Assembly: GCA_951406725.2 (NCBI GenBank)
Contig: OX597819.1
Span: 119,474,001 to 119,538,000 of the forward strand
DNA length: 64,000 bases
Source: Octopus vulgaris
Lineage: Eukaryota
Direction of reading: 5' to 3'
Shown here: positions 24,805-38,523 of the stretch, in pieces
How positions within the stretch are numbered: the stretch's first letter is position 1
Layout of the letters: every line of letters begins with the position of its first letter
The notes under the pieces: model-generated
Databases searched by the model: none
The model's input: the letters and a program-made list of their open reading frames with translations, nothing else
Told to the model about the DNA's origin: nothing
Program-made: the position numbers and the translations under genes

Positions 24805-27800
24805 ATTTTATTATCCTTTCACAGGTGGAGGTAAGATAACACCCATTATTTTTCAAGCTCCCTCCGGAGTATTCGAGTAGTTCTAAGCAGTGCTGTTTTC
24901 TATAAGTGTTCTGCACTTATTGCAGCCCCTATTTGTTCAATGTACTTATAAAGACTTATTCACTGTTCCCAGGTCTCCGAATATTATTGGTACTACTACC
25001 ACCACTTTTAGCAGCCAAAGCCGCTTAACCTCCCAAGCTAACCTGTCGTATCTATTGAATTTTCTCTCTTCTTAATCGCAAACCTTGTTGTCAGCTGGGC
25101 ATGCTATATCAAAGAACAAGCATCGTTTGCTTTCTTTCTCAATTAACACTCTGTTTGGTTTCCTATTCTCTATCTCATGGTCGCACTAAATCATAAAACC
25201 CCATAGGATCTTTACAGCCTTCGCGTTTATGTTCGTTCCACTTTATGTCTGTCAAGTCCACAAGTCCATACCTGTTGCAAATCGTCTAATCGACAATCCT
25301 TGCTATGTTGTCACGACGCCTCTTATTTTCTTTCTGGGTTAGTGACGTACATTCACTGGTTTCACAATTTTCTCCACAAATTCTGCACATCAGTTTCTGA
25401 TATGTTGTCTATTCGGTATTTGATGCAATTGGTACTTAATGATTGCTCTTGAGCAGCAGAGATTAGAACCTCCGTTTCCGGTTTTAAGTTATTTTTAATC
25501 ATCCATAGCCATCTTTTTTCTCTGCCTGTCATATCTTCAACTTCAATGTGAAATCATCCATGCATGCGTTTCTTTATCCACCTATTTTCAGTTTCATTCA
25601 TTCTCAAGTGCCTGTACAGTGCTTTGTCTTTGCAATCTTCCATCCTACACGAGCCTGCTCTTCTAATAATAGCGGTTCTGTGGCATTTTTACATACCGTA
25701 CTATGTTCTTTTATTCTTCTCTAATGCTGTGATCGCATCCAATCAGTCGTCTTCCTCTTCTTTTTCTTGATACATACTGTCTGTCAGTATCACTTTTTGG
25801 GTGCAGTATGCCATATCCAGTCAGCAACATCCTTGTCCTTCTGTCTAAGCTATTTAGTTCGTCTACTCACTATGTGATTACTCCTGCTCGATATCTATCT
25901 AGAAAGTGAAACCGCCCAAGTGTTGATAGTTTCACTCTTATTCCGTCCGTTTAATTTTGACTTAAGGATCAGTCTCAGACTGCACAATTACTCCAACTTA
26001 AATTTTTCTGTCGTTTCTTTCTCCACTATTTTATCCATTTCCCCCCCCCCAAGTACTTTTAGCCTGTCTCTTCTATCTTCTTCATAACCTCCCCAGCCGA
26101 TATCGCCAGCCCGTCCATGCATTTGATTTTGTCCCTCTTCAAGACTAACACACCACACTTTTTCAGTCCTAACACCAATCTGATATCTGCACTGAAAGTA
26201 TACACAATATCAACGAGGAAACTGACTTGGAATTCATCATTACGATAAAGATTGAGTTCATCCATGAATAATATATGGTTAACATTTTTGTCGACGGCTT
26301 TTGAATACATACCCAACATTTGCTTCCCTCAGAATCAGTGTTAGTGGTATGATGCACAATACCAAGATCAGTGGGGACAGGCAGTTCCCCTGGAAGATGT
26401 CTCTCCTGATATCTATTGTCCCTAAACTTCTTCCATATGCTGTCAGTTCCGTCCTCCACTTCGCCATACTTTTCCAAGCAATCGCTCAAAATTCGATGCA
26501 ATACCAAATTGGTTCACACTTTCCATAATCCAAGAGTGTGGGATTATATCGTATGCCTTACGATAATCGATCCATGACATACCTAAGTTATTTTCGTCCT
26601 CTTGCATCTCTAACTACAGTTTTGTCTACCAGGAGTTCCTCCTTGGTAACTCTGCACTTACACTTGCAAACCTTCTGCTCATGTGGCAAGACTCTATTTG
26701 TTTTCCATTTGTCCGTTGATTGACTCTGCAATTACTCTAGTCAATAATTTCCACACAAGGGGCAAGCAGGTTATCGGCCTGTAATTGTCTACTGTATTGC
26801 CTTTATCGATTTTTTCAAGCATACCACTGTTCTACCAATTGTCAACCACTCTGGTGTTAGTTGGTCGGCATTTAACAAAATGTTATGTTACGCAGCTATT
26901 CGTGCATGGCATTCACCAAATCTTTTGACTTAGTAGCATTGAACACCATCTGGTCCTGGGGCCTTCCAGTTACCCATTTTTTGCTGATTTCCTTCCCTTC
27001 TCTAACTGAAATGAATAGTTATGCTTGTATTGTATACACTACTGTTTGTTTCAGTACTTGCAACCATTCAGCATCCTTCTTGTGCTCATTATCTTTGCCC
27101 CAGATGTCACTCCAAAACCTTTGACTTTCAATGATATCTGATATCAAATTTTCATCTGTACACTTTCCATTTATTTCTTTATAGAATATCTTCTAATCTA
27201 CTCTGAATAAACTATTCCGCTGGTATCTCTTCATTCTTTAGTCGTATCGTATCATCTTTGCTTTCTTTGCAACATGCGCTGTTTCCGCTCCCCTATTATA
27301 ACTTGCAGGTTATTTCTTTCAATAGCATACTGTCTGTTCAGTACCTTGTATTTTTATTTGCTTTTAAGCTCTCCCTTCTCTTTTTGGTCTAACACAGAAA
27401 TATCCTTCAAGAGCGTGTCTAACTCCATCTGTATTCTTCTTTTCCACCATGGATCTTTTCTTTTGTCACTCCATTATAGTTATTTTCCTTGACATAAACA
27501 CACATTTTCTGCTACAAAAATACGTGCTGCATTGATCAAATTATTTTGTTTCTGAGATGTTTTTGTTCTGATATATTTCAGAATTTCATTCACATTTTTC
27601 ATTTCTTGGTTCAATTTTCACCGACCAAATATTTTAAGGTTCCAAATGGAGTCGTTATCGTTCTCCTATTGCTGCAGATTGCCTTTGCTCATCTGTCTGT
27701 TGACATGGTTGGTCCTTTTCCATGTCGTCCTGATACTTAGTTGAGCAGTTGCAACTTGTGCAGGTTGTTAGATTATTAGGTTATTACCCTTATTCCTTAA

Positions 27801-28130
27801 GATGTTTAAGGACATCATTACATATCATGATTATGTTGTTGATTTTTATGCTGTTTGAGAACTTTGGTAGCGACACTCTATTGATCATGTCCTTAGCCTC
27901 ATTCTTGCTGACGTCTCTCATATCGTCTTTTGCTTCTATGATCTTCTCTTTATTATTCACCGCAAATTCTGTTTCATATCTATCCTGTTGTTCTTGAGAT
28001 AGGTTTCCTTTCTCTTCTCATGCCACATATCTGTTCTTTGCTATACTTTCTTCAATTTTCTCGCTGGAATGTACTTCTCCTACGCAGGGTTCTGTGCAGT
28101 TGTTACCTATTGCTACTTTAATTTGGTCTT
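24805..28130 (-). mobile_element. decayed long R4/Dong-like (RLE) non-LTR retrotransposon
   Basis: Fragments KDPWWKRRI, NSLFRVD*KIFYKEING, IRRDIFQGNCLSPLILVL, NHILFMDELNLY (RT active-site equivalent), GLKKCGVLVLKR, C-terminal KTALLRTTRILRRELEK; 3' end abuts a TAA-type tract; 5' boundary uncertain. Confidence 0.8.
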
Positions 28131-31100
28131 CCATGAGATATTTGTGTCCTAAATTGACCAATTTCAGCATCAATTAAACTTTTATTCTTAATAATGTCTC
28201 TATGTACATTACATAATTTACATCTGTATATCTGCGTACTTCGTTTCTCCATAAAATGTATGTTTGTACAATGAGGTTGTTGTTTGAGTTTATTCAGATT
28301 GTCTAGAAAGCTATAAACACATTTCTATAGTCCTCCCTAGTCTAATTTATGTATTTTGCTTTATGTGATGTTTATAGTGGTTTCACTACAGAACTAGGGT
28401 TTAGGGTTATCCTTGTTCTCGTAGATTGTTAGTTGAGTTTATTCTAGCACAGACATTTCGTCCTTAGTGTGGTTCCCCATTGGGTAACACGGTCCTTGTT
28501 GTCACGGGCGATGACCTATACGTCATGAGTGTGTCGGGTAGACATTATTTATGTGCCCATGGATGCATAGACAATTGCATGTAAAGGTAATTATTCAATT
28601 TACGTACTTGCTATGTGAGATCAGAATAGTCTCTAGTGGAATTTGAGGCGTGTATGCTATCGATCTTTGCATGCAGGATGCGATATAAAGGTAAGTTGTA
28701 TGCTATTTGTTGCAAGTTAACAGAGCTGAAGAGGAGGCCTTGTTAGTATTGTTATTGCAGATTATTTTATAGTGTTTTGCGTTTGTTTTGTTTATTATTG
28801 TTCTGTATTATATATTTTATTGCTTCGTTTCATGTATCATTTGCGTTCCCTTTCAATTATCGAACGTGAAAGACAACACAAAATTTACAACAATCTGAGA
28901 AAATACAAAATATTAGTATATAAACCACGGCCTTCAAATAGTCTACCATTTCCAGTAATTTCAACTGAAATAACTTATAAATATAATCACCTTAAACTTC
29001 TCGCTTCATATATGTGCACATGATGCGTCATAGATAAAGTAAAGTAACAGAAAATATTATTTGGCGTCTACCAGAATAGATAACAAGAAAGAATATGGTA
29101 AACGAAGATCTGGTTTAGCACAATTTTGGCACACAATTCAAATATTTCTTTTTCCATACTAATCGAATTAGATGTAGACCTAGTTAACTGTACGCATTCC
29201 TTGTTCAAGGAAGGAAAAAAATAATTGATGAAGTGATGTTTTCATGTTTAATAAAATTAGATTATTCTCATTCTGCAGGAAGAGAAAAAAGTCGTAAATT
29301 GATAAACAGATTCATTGTTCAATTATGTCTGCTACTTAAGAAAGAAGTTTTATGTATAATTTCTCAAGTTACAAAGTAAATAAAAGAAGCAAAGTCTGTG
29401 GATTATCAGACATTATTTCACTAATTAAAGCTAGAATGTGAGAGAAAACAAAACTAAAGGTCAATTGGGCAACATAAGTAGAAGAGAAGAAAACTCTATA
29501 AATATATATATATTGATTTGTTGTATGTTTTCTCTTCCAATTTTTGTTGATGTGTCTGTATATGTTACTTAAATGGCAAACAAGTGGACTTATCGATTTT
29601 AAAGGAATTATCGATTTTAAGCACATCAATAAGTATCAATCAACTAACTGTTTTGTTTTCTCAACTAATCTCATGAGGTTTTATATTTCATTGTCATGAA
29701 ATATTTGTATAATCAAAATACGCATGTAATCGGACATTATATATTCAGATGCCCTGGTGTATTGGAATGCAGATTAGAGTGATGGCAATTCACATCACAG
29801 AACAGGCGTAGTAACCACAGCAAAATTACTTTCAAATACTCAGTGTTTTCCTAGATATAAATCATCTCTGCAAATATATCGAATGAATTATAGTTATGGA
29901 ATGTTTTATTAACTCGTATATGACGGTCAGATACTATCAAAACAGAGTAACAGGCAAATTTAGCAAATATAAACAATATCGGTGTTTGGTCTACCGCTCA
30001 AATGAGATAGAAGCTTTACTTCTTAGAATATTCAGAATAAATGACAAATAAATTAAAATATTTTGACAACTGAATTAATATTTACTTAATGTTTGCGCTT
30101 AATATATTACGTAATTGTTTCAATGGTATACTGACTGTAACATTGTTATAAAAATGTGCCGACCCCACAGAGATACCAATCTTACCGAACATTGTTAAAT
30201 AACGAAATTCCTGTTTCTAAAATCTTAACCTTTCTGCCAACCTGTCAGCTGAATAAGTTATATTCTATTATAAATCCTTATCTATGTATATTTAAGCGAA
30301 AGCCGATTATAATAAATCAATGTTTGACGATTTTTTGTATCTCAGGAGGGTCCTTCTGCCTATAATATACACGTGCATTCGCTTGCTTTATTTCACCACT
30401 TTTATATTCGTTCTTTGTTAAGAATTTAACCTACCAATTAATCGAATGCTTGCTTAAAATCTCGATCGGATCGGATTATCAAAATTCTTTCGTCCCCGTT
30501 GAAAGTTATTGTATCTCTACGCTAGATGACTTTCACGTGTGCCTGTGTATAATATTTAGGTTCGAAAGTTTCGAGTTCTTACGGATGTTAGTGCGAAACT
30601 TTGCGAGAGGGATATTGAAAAGAAGTCTCTGTGTGTCCCTGTGGGTAAAATTTTTTATTCATGCATATATGATTTCTGGGACGTGTGTGTGAGAGCTTGT
30701 ATATGTTTGTGGATGTATGTTTGTGTAGTACAGTTGGTTTTGTGAGTGTGCATTAAGAAGAATGTGTGAATGTGAGTGTGTGTCTGTGTGCATGTGTGTG
30801 TGTGGTGCGCTCGCGTGCATGGATGTAGATGGCAAAGTGTTAATATATCTAGTGATACTGTTCCATTGGCTGGATGTTTTATGCGTGTGCGGGGTCTAAA
30901 GCATACTGTCCACCTGGGTATCTTGATTATGACATTGTAGTGACTGAATAACGATTGAAAGACGTTTTTTGTTCCAATAATAATTATAAGATATAAGGAT
31001 CCCGATGCATGTTGGACCTCATTTCGCGCCGCACAAGCAGTATAATTGTGTGATAAATATCCGAGCGTGGTGGCGGTTGTGGTGTGTTCTGTAAATAACA

Positions 31101-32142
31101 ACCGTATTTGAGTGTTTATGGTAAACATTTTTGGTACCTCTGTAGGTGAAAGTTGAGTATTTACAGAGACTAGTGTGAGACTAGTGTGAGCAAACCCCGA
31201 CAAGCATGTTTTGGAACACTGCCAGTTGTCCATGCATGAGACTTTTCTCTCAAGATGTAACTGAGATTGGTATGGTGAGAAAGGCCATAGATTGTGACTA
31301 ATACATATTAGCTTCAGTGTCATAAGAGTTACTCTCTGACTTCACAAAGCCTGAACATGACCTCTTGTTTTACTTTAAGACCTCTTGTATTACGTTTACT
31401 TTCGGAATCCCAGCAGGACTGCCATATATGACACTTTTATGTAGGTAAATTTGAAGCATAAATCACAAAAAAAAAAAGAAAAGCAAATTTCAGCTAGGTT
31501 GCATTTGAACGTACTGCGAAGTGACAGAGAAAAATACATCAATTTATGCTATAGAACACTCTTTCGAATCTGCCAATTACTCGCTTTAATCTGAGATTAG
31601 TTTATTTTCTACTGATATCACCAGGTGTTTCAGAGATTTTTACATAAATTTGCTACATTTCAAGGTAATCTCCCGGTATCCCATTAAAACAGAAATAGAA
31701 AATAATATCTCATTTTTAACTTACTTTTTATTAGAGAAAATAAGAATGCCATTTCAAATCACTGTACTGTATGCAATAATGTTATGCAGCATAATTTAGA
31801 CAATCTCACATTCTAAGACATGTTAGGAATATCTGAGATACAAATAATGTATATTGATTAAAGAAGGGCAATGCGCTATGATTCATGATAAAACCAATTA
31901 TTGATGGTGACATACTTAGTGGTACATTAGAAAAGCGAAAAAACATATGACTTCCACTAGTACACCAAGATATTTTAGTATACTAAAGTCCCCGAGACTC
32001 CATTGTGTGTAAATGGACGTTGAGTATTATAGATGCGTTATCAGCGGGCAGTGTGGTATGAAATTAATCACGTATAGGGCTATATATAGAAAGAATAAAC
32101 CCAAAAGAATTTACAACACCTGTTTCGGTAGAATTTTATCTA

Positions 32143-32530
32143 AAATTGGCATTGAAAGCCACACCAATGCCAGAACGGAACGACACTGCATAGTGCCAAA
32201 AATTCCAGCAATGCTGTCACGCTTCAGGGCCAGCTACTGCAACAGCCTGGGTTTGAAGGGCCCACAGCTTTTTAATATTCTCCGAAAGAGTCTGAGGAAC
32301 TTGCAGAAAGTAGATGTAGCCGTTTTCAAATCAAAGCTGGACCTCTTCCTGTCGAGGGGTCCCAGATGAACCTACCTCACGGCAACAGGTGCAAATGAGG
32401 GTAGCTATATCAAACTCCATTCTTCACCAAACTGCCACATATTAGAGGAGGCTCTTCGTAATAACAGTGTAGCACAAAACGGCGGTGCATCAGCATGGCA
32501 GCAGCTCTGAGTTGAAACTAAAAATAAAAA
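32143..32530 (+). mobile_element. 3' fragment of a CR1 sister subfamily
   Basis: GIESHTNARTERHCIVPK...[16 protein letters not shown]...FKSKLDLFLS aligns with the C-terminus of the 448/793-aa ORFs; tail ggcggtgcatcagcatggcagcagctctgagttgaaact. Confidence 0.88.
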
Positions 32531-32970
32531 CGTGTTCATAGAATACATAATCGCTTAATTCCACCATTCTCATATAAAATTGTTAATATGTAAAACCTTC
32601 AAGATGACACGGTCAGCATGAGGAATAACTGATATTCTATAAAATAACAATAGAATTTATAAAGAAATTTGAGAAGTGAACAGATATTCTAGGAGCAAAG
32701 ATGTCAAAACAATCCTATTTTCAAGCTGTTATTTAATTAGTTTATAGACCACACTCGCTGTGAAGGAATGTGTGAAGCAGACATCTAAAATAATTTTAGC
32801 AAGACTGGTAAAACCGACTTTAGGGCTGCAGAACAACATATAATTATTGTCGTCTCTATTCCACGCTAGTACACAAACGTATAGATATATACATTCGTTT
32901 TACAACTAGGCATCAGAATACGCTATACATACACATATATATATGCATACTCATAGATACATATATACAC

Positions 32971-33057
<87 letters not shown>

Positions 33058-33156
33058 GGGAGAGTTTACGAAAAAAGCAAAAGACGAAGACAGGTGGTGT
33101 ACAAAACAAACAGATGTATTAGTATAACGCTCAGGAATAGAAAAAGTCTTTTACGT
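33058..33156 (-). mobile_element. 3' portion of HHR mini-element (50023 family) between (TA)n tracts
   Basis: Near-identical to 50023-50121; stops at gtcttttacgt. Confidence 0.8.
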
Positions 33157-33158
33157 AC

Positions 33159-33233
<75 letters not shown>

Positions 33234-33262
33234 TGCACACTCATATATACCTATATAGACAT

Positions 33263-33990
33263 ATACGATATGTATTCGAAAGTATCGACTTTATGTTTGC
33301 CACGCCTCGGCTAAACCCAGATGGGCAAAACCTTTGGCTGGGAGGTGATGCCCCTCTTCCTCGGCGTGCCTGAAAACATTTGCGACGGTAAGCTTCATCA
33401 GTTCGTGGCTGTTACACCTAGAGTACTGATATGTAGTGCGCTATGGTCGTATTTTCGTTTTAACCCAAGATGAACGCATCGAACAGAGAAATAAACTCAT
33501 GTATCGTCCCCATTGATGATGCTCTTAGTGAAGTTTTGGTATACTCGATCCGGGTATATCCTGAGAGATTCTCACGCGGATTTGCTTTCGCTGTTCTGCC
33601 AAAACCTTAGGGACGAATTTCGCCCACACTCTCCACATGCACAAACCCTATGTTACCATGCAATATGCTATTCCTCTGCTTACACTCACTTCGTGAGCAA
33701 TTTCTTGGATTGTTACATGACGTTCATCAATTGCTTATTCGCCGCACCTTCTCAATCGGTTACTCGTTTCGGATTTAGATATCTTGTCTCAGCTTGCTTC
33801 GCTCTTCACTTAAATACATCCATGTTTGAGGCAGGTCTAACTTTACTCCATATGAGTGTTGCTCAGGACATCATCGTCAAAGCAGTGCTAAATTTTCATG
33901 ATGGTTCGAGCTTTAGTGTCACCAGGGTTTTGGCATAAGTTGACGCAAAATATTTGCTGGATGCGTTCGAGGAAAACGAAAAGCTGCCGT
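33263..33990. mobile_element. rearranged mariner remnant: two 5' portions in opposite orientation
   Basis: Plus strand tacg.. end and ERIEQR start (~33472); minus strand ERIQQIFCVNLCQNPGDTKARTIMKI...IQEIAHEVSVS...MWRVWAKFVPKVLAEQRKQIRV (HTH region and WVP-like linker). Confidence 0.65.
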
Positions 33991-34034
33991 GCGCTTAAAT
34001 TCATACAAACACACACATACACATGCACAAACAA

Positions 34035-34074
<40 letters not shown>

Positions 34075-34256
34075 ATGTATATAAAACTATAAATTAGGGT
34101 ACCTGAGAGATACCACCATGCTACGCTCATGCTTGTGCTTTCACACGCAAATTCCTTCCTCCCTCTCTCTAATTTATAGTTTTAAATAATTATTACCTTT
34201 GTATGGTATTTATTCCCATGCTGGCTATTTGATAAGATCGATATATATATATATAT

Positions 34257-34547
34257 ATTTGTGGTGTCCTGTACTCACGTATATATATTTATATATGCAT
34301 GTATATATACATGTAGATGTAGGTACGTACATATATATATGCATGTATGTATATATTTTATTTATTACACTATTGTATGACTGAGCGCCTTCGATTCGTT
34401 CCGTTTCGTTTCGTTTCTTCTTCTTCTCCCAGTACAGTTTTTATATATAATTATGACTCGAAACCCTATACCTCTTTGCTTAACCTTCCCTTCTCTACTT
34501 TTCTCTCTCTCTCTCACCCCTCCTCATCTCTCTCACAGCCGTTTGTC

Positions 34548-34590
<43 letters not shown>

Positions 34591-35159
34591 TCCTCATCTC
34601 TCTCACAGCCGACCAAATACTTCCTTTTGCATGCGGCCTTCTTGCACATCTTGAATCTCTCCTCGTCTAGGCAAAAAATGCCCTCTTTGGTTGTTTTCTA
34701 GTCTTTTTATTTTTTGTATTGTATTATTTTGTAATTGTTTTTTTTTTTGTATTTTATTTTGAAATTTTATTTGTATCTTTTTTACGCCCTGTTTGTGTCC
34801 CATTTTGTTCTTTCCTTGTTTTTACCCCTCTGCGAAGTAATTTCCTTTAATTTCTTCGCAGGAAGGGCTAGTTCGACGAGTCGTGTTCTGTCCTCACCTT
34901 CGAAACACGCTGGAGTTGAACTAGGGACAGCTGATGAAGGGGATTTTTCCTTGTGTAGTTTGTCTAGTACTCTGTTTTTTCTTTGTAAAAAAAGGTTCGT
35001 TCCATGCTTATTTTTACATTTTTGTTCTCGTTGAGTTCTGCGTCAATTTGTGGTGTCCTGTACTCATGTATATATATTTATATATGCATGTATATATACA
35101 TGTAGATGTAGGTATGTACATATATGTATGTATGCATACATTTTATTTATTACACTATT
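34257..35159 (+). mobile_element. terminally redundant ~790-bp non-coding element with hammerhead-like motifs (PLE pLTR tandem or retrozyme-like)
   Basis: Direct repeats 34257-34374 and 35046-35159; TA tracts on both sides; no ORF; HHR-like motifs at 34868-34965. Confidence 0.7.
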
Positions 35160-35577
35160 ATATATATATAGATATATACATATATATATATATAAATTAC
35201 GGAATAGGGTAGATAAAATCCAGGCTACAAATGTTTCATAGCTAGTGGAACCTCGGAATTAGTAATTATGGAAATGAGGGTAAGACTGGAAGCTATTCTT
35301 CAGGCCAAGTGTAGCTGGATTACATGAAGTTTACATTGTCGTTAGGAGATTGTGTGTTACCTTGCAGGAGATACGATAAAATTGCTTAGAAAGCGCAGTT
35401 CGAGAGGAAAAAAACATTTGTGAAGAAGAAGAAATAACATACTTACCCACTCTCACATATATATTTGTTTCATTTGTATTACTTCTTCACAAAAACTTTT
35501 TTCCTCTCCAACTGTGCTTTCTACGCATTTCGATCTAATTCCCTGCGAGTAAACACAGGAACTCCTAACGACAATGT

Positions 35578-35914
35578 TGAGACCCCCTTCTGCCAGACAC
35601 TGACTATGGGCTTGCACCTAGAAAGTTACCCTCTGAGGCACAAATCTGGGCAATGTAGTTTATGGAACCAGCAGTCGCCCATGCATACCAGCCTCCCCTC
35701 TCTACGCCACCAGTGTTATTGATGGGAAAGGCGAAGGCCGATACAGCTCTGGCACCTGTGACGTCGCAACTCATTTCTACAGCTGAGTGAACTGGATCAA
35801 CGTGAAATAAAGTGTCTTGCTCAAGAACACAACACAGCCCGGTCCGGGATTCGAGCTCACAAACTCACGATCGTAAGCTTTACGCTCTAACCACTGAGCC
35901 ATGCGCCTTCACTA
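35578..35914 (-). mobile_element. full-length tRNA-derived SINE family D with TSD
   Basis: Minus head gaaggcgcatggctcagtggttagagc...gagctcgaatccc; TSD ctaacgacaatgt at 35565-35577 and 35915-35927. Confidence 0.9.
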
Positions 35915-36427
35915 CTAACGACAATGTACGCATCATAAAACTAATCTCTTCTGGGCTTGAAGAGTAGCTTGCAGTCTACCGTCCGTTTGGATAATTACTA
36001 CTTCAAATGTTGCACTAGTTATGGAACATTTGTAAAATGGATTTTATCTATTCCATTCCCTAATTTTGGGGTATTTATTCGCATATGCAGCAACCCCGGT
36101 TGCTAACCATGAACTGTGAAATAACCTTTTTTCAGCTCATCGTACTTCGATACAGAAAAAGTCAGAGCCTTCTGCAGCAATAAACCACCATTGTTCGTGA
36201 GATTTCTCTTTTATATCTTCTAGGGACTTCTTGAAGCTCACTGACTTCTTACACCTTAATCCTTGGAGCTTACCTTTACACACACACACACGCACACACA
36301 AAGAGCGAGAGAGAGAAAGAGACATGCATATACATAACTACACGTATATATATATATCTATAAAGACTTAGCAACTTACACGCTCATGCTTGTGCATTCG
36401 CACAAATATTCTCCCCCCGCTTTCTCT

Positions 36428-36550
36428 CTATCTATCTATACATCTATCTATCTATTATCTATCTATCCATCTATCTATCTATTTATCTATCTATTTATCT
36501 ATCTATCTATTTATCTATCTATCTATTATATATCTATTCATCTATATATC
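36428..36550. repeat. (TCTA)n microsatellite
   Basis: Direct reading. Confidence 0.9.
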
Positions 36551-38435
36551 TAGCAATATTGAAGTGAATTACGTAACTGGTTCAAAATATGAAAATGTAA
36601 ATGTGTTTCTAATATTATGTAAGCAGTTCTTGAGACCTAGGAGAGATATTACGACGGCATTTAAGAATTTCTCATAATGCTATGCAGCAATGGGCACATG
36701 CTTACCTATCATATGAGTGAGGTAATGCATTCTTTAGTATTCTCCCGGTAACATGGAATTTGTTTTGTTATTGAATTCCCAATTTTGTTTCAGTGAGTGT
36801 CCTTATCCTACCCATATTATGCTTATTGAAAGAAAAACAATGCTTGTAATATATGCATGAAGTGGACCCGATGTTGGTAAAAGCGTTTAGGTTAGTTATT
36901 AAATCACGTCTATATATATATATAATATTTTAAGTTAACCTTGCTTTTACAATTAATTTTAAAAGCAGATAAGCTTCATATATTTGATTAATTGTGCATG
37001 TCGAATTAATTACTGAACAAAATTCAGCCTACCATTATTTAAAATGTAATAAAATAACGATTGAGAATATATTAACATTATTCTATAACCGAAATTTCTG
37101 GGCGATGAAATTATTCATAAAGGCGTCGGAAATTTAAATGTAAACAGGAAAAAGAACAGAATTATTTCCATTTAGATTTCATCACATGAATGCCGTGATG
37201 GTAACAGACTAGAGGGAATATAGCTATGTTGAATTTGCTTATCAACAACGGCTATATGCAGGTTTTGTTGGTGTCTAAACTGTTGTTTAGCCGGTATAAC
37301 TCTTTTACTCTTTTACTTGTTTCAGTCATTTGACTGCGGCCATGCTGGAGCACCACCTAGATCTGTTTCTCTCACATAATGTCTTCTATTTAAAACAACT
37401 CTAGAAGGACGTTTTAATATCAGCATAATACTCGTTATCAGTATAACAGAGAAAAGACTTAGAACTTACTCATGAAATAAGTCAGTACACAAAATGGAAA
37501 ATATTTCAAAAGTGTTCGCTTTAGGAGTGTTACACTCTGGTACGCTGTACAGATTAGCATTCCATGTATTTGAGATGCTCACTCTACGTAACGAAGTTAT
37601 CACATCCTATTTCTCACATATATTCCAGAAAACTCATGTCAACCCTCAATTTTTCTTTCTTTCTTACTTTGTTTCAGTCTAATCTTCTTGGTTTTTCTAA
37701 CGCTCTATTTTTCTCGATCATATATCCTCCCTTTCGTTATCTTTTTGTCTTCTCTGTCTACATCTATGTCTATGTTTCGTTCCGTTTATCTTTCATTTAT
37801 CTTTTTTCAATTACTTTGTATCTTAGAGTTTTTTCTTTCGCAATCTCTGCTTTTCTTTATCTATAATACATCATTTTGTCTTTATTCCAGCTTCAATTTT
37901 CTCTAGCATCTATTGAAGTTGTAGTAATAATTTTTCTACGCTATGAATTCCAACGCGCGTGATCACCCCGTTTCCTGTCATGAGCTATTTACTAATCCCA
38001 TCTTTTAAATTTAACAAGCATTTCTATTATTTATTTATAATTATATTTCTATCTTTCTGTGCAGAGAAGAACTGAATATAATTTCCTTCGCCGTAAGCCC
38101 ATCATTAGATATGAAGGAATACATGGTTTAGAAAAAGGTCTTTCCTCCCATTAAATAGCAGTTTCGTGTACCATTAAGTTCATATCATTATGTATAATAT
38201 AAAGAAAATTTGCAAAGAATTGCGCCCGAAACGGTTTGTTAGCATACCCAATTACATACATTTAGAGTGCGCGTAAGGTTGATTGCATATGAATATATAT
38301 ACCCATATATCCAGTAGTATGGCTTTAAATAAACAGTCACATACATATATATATATATATATATATTTACTATATAGAAATCATCTATGTATTGAGTACC
38401 TTATTTACTGTGGTTAACCCCGACTCAACCCGGGA

Positions 38436-38523
<88 letters not shown>

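Noticed and set aside
30655-31420. 222-aa minus ORF / possible PLE GIY-YIG remnant
   Set aside because: C-terminal part is (CA)n read-through and no convincing GIY-YIG or RT motif was found by eye.
38378-38437. 60-bp island between TA tracts sharing gtactcaa-tac (minus) with the 12318 extension
   Set aside because: Too short to assign and no ribozyme motif present.
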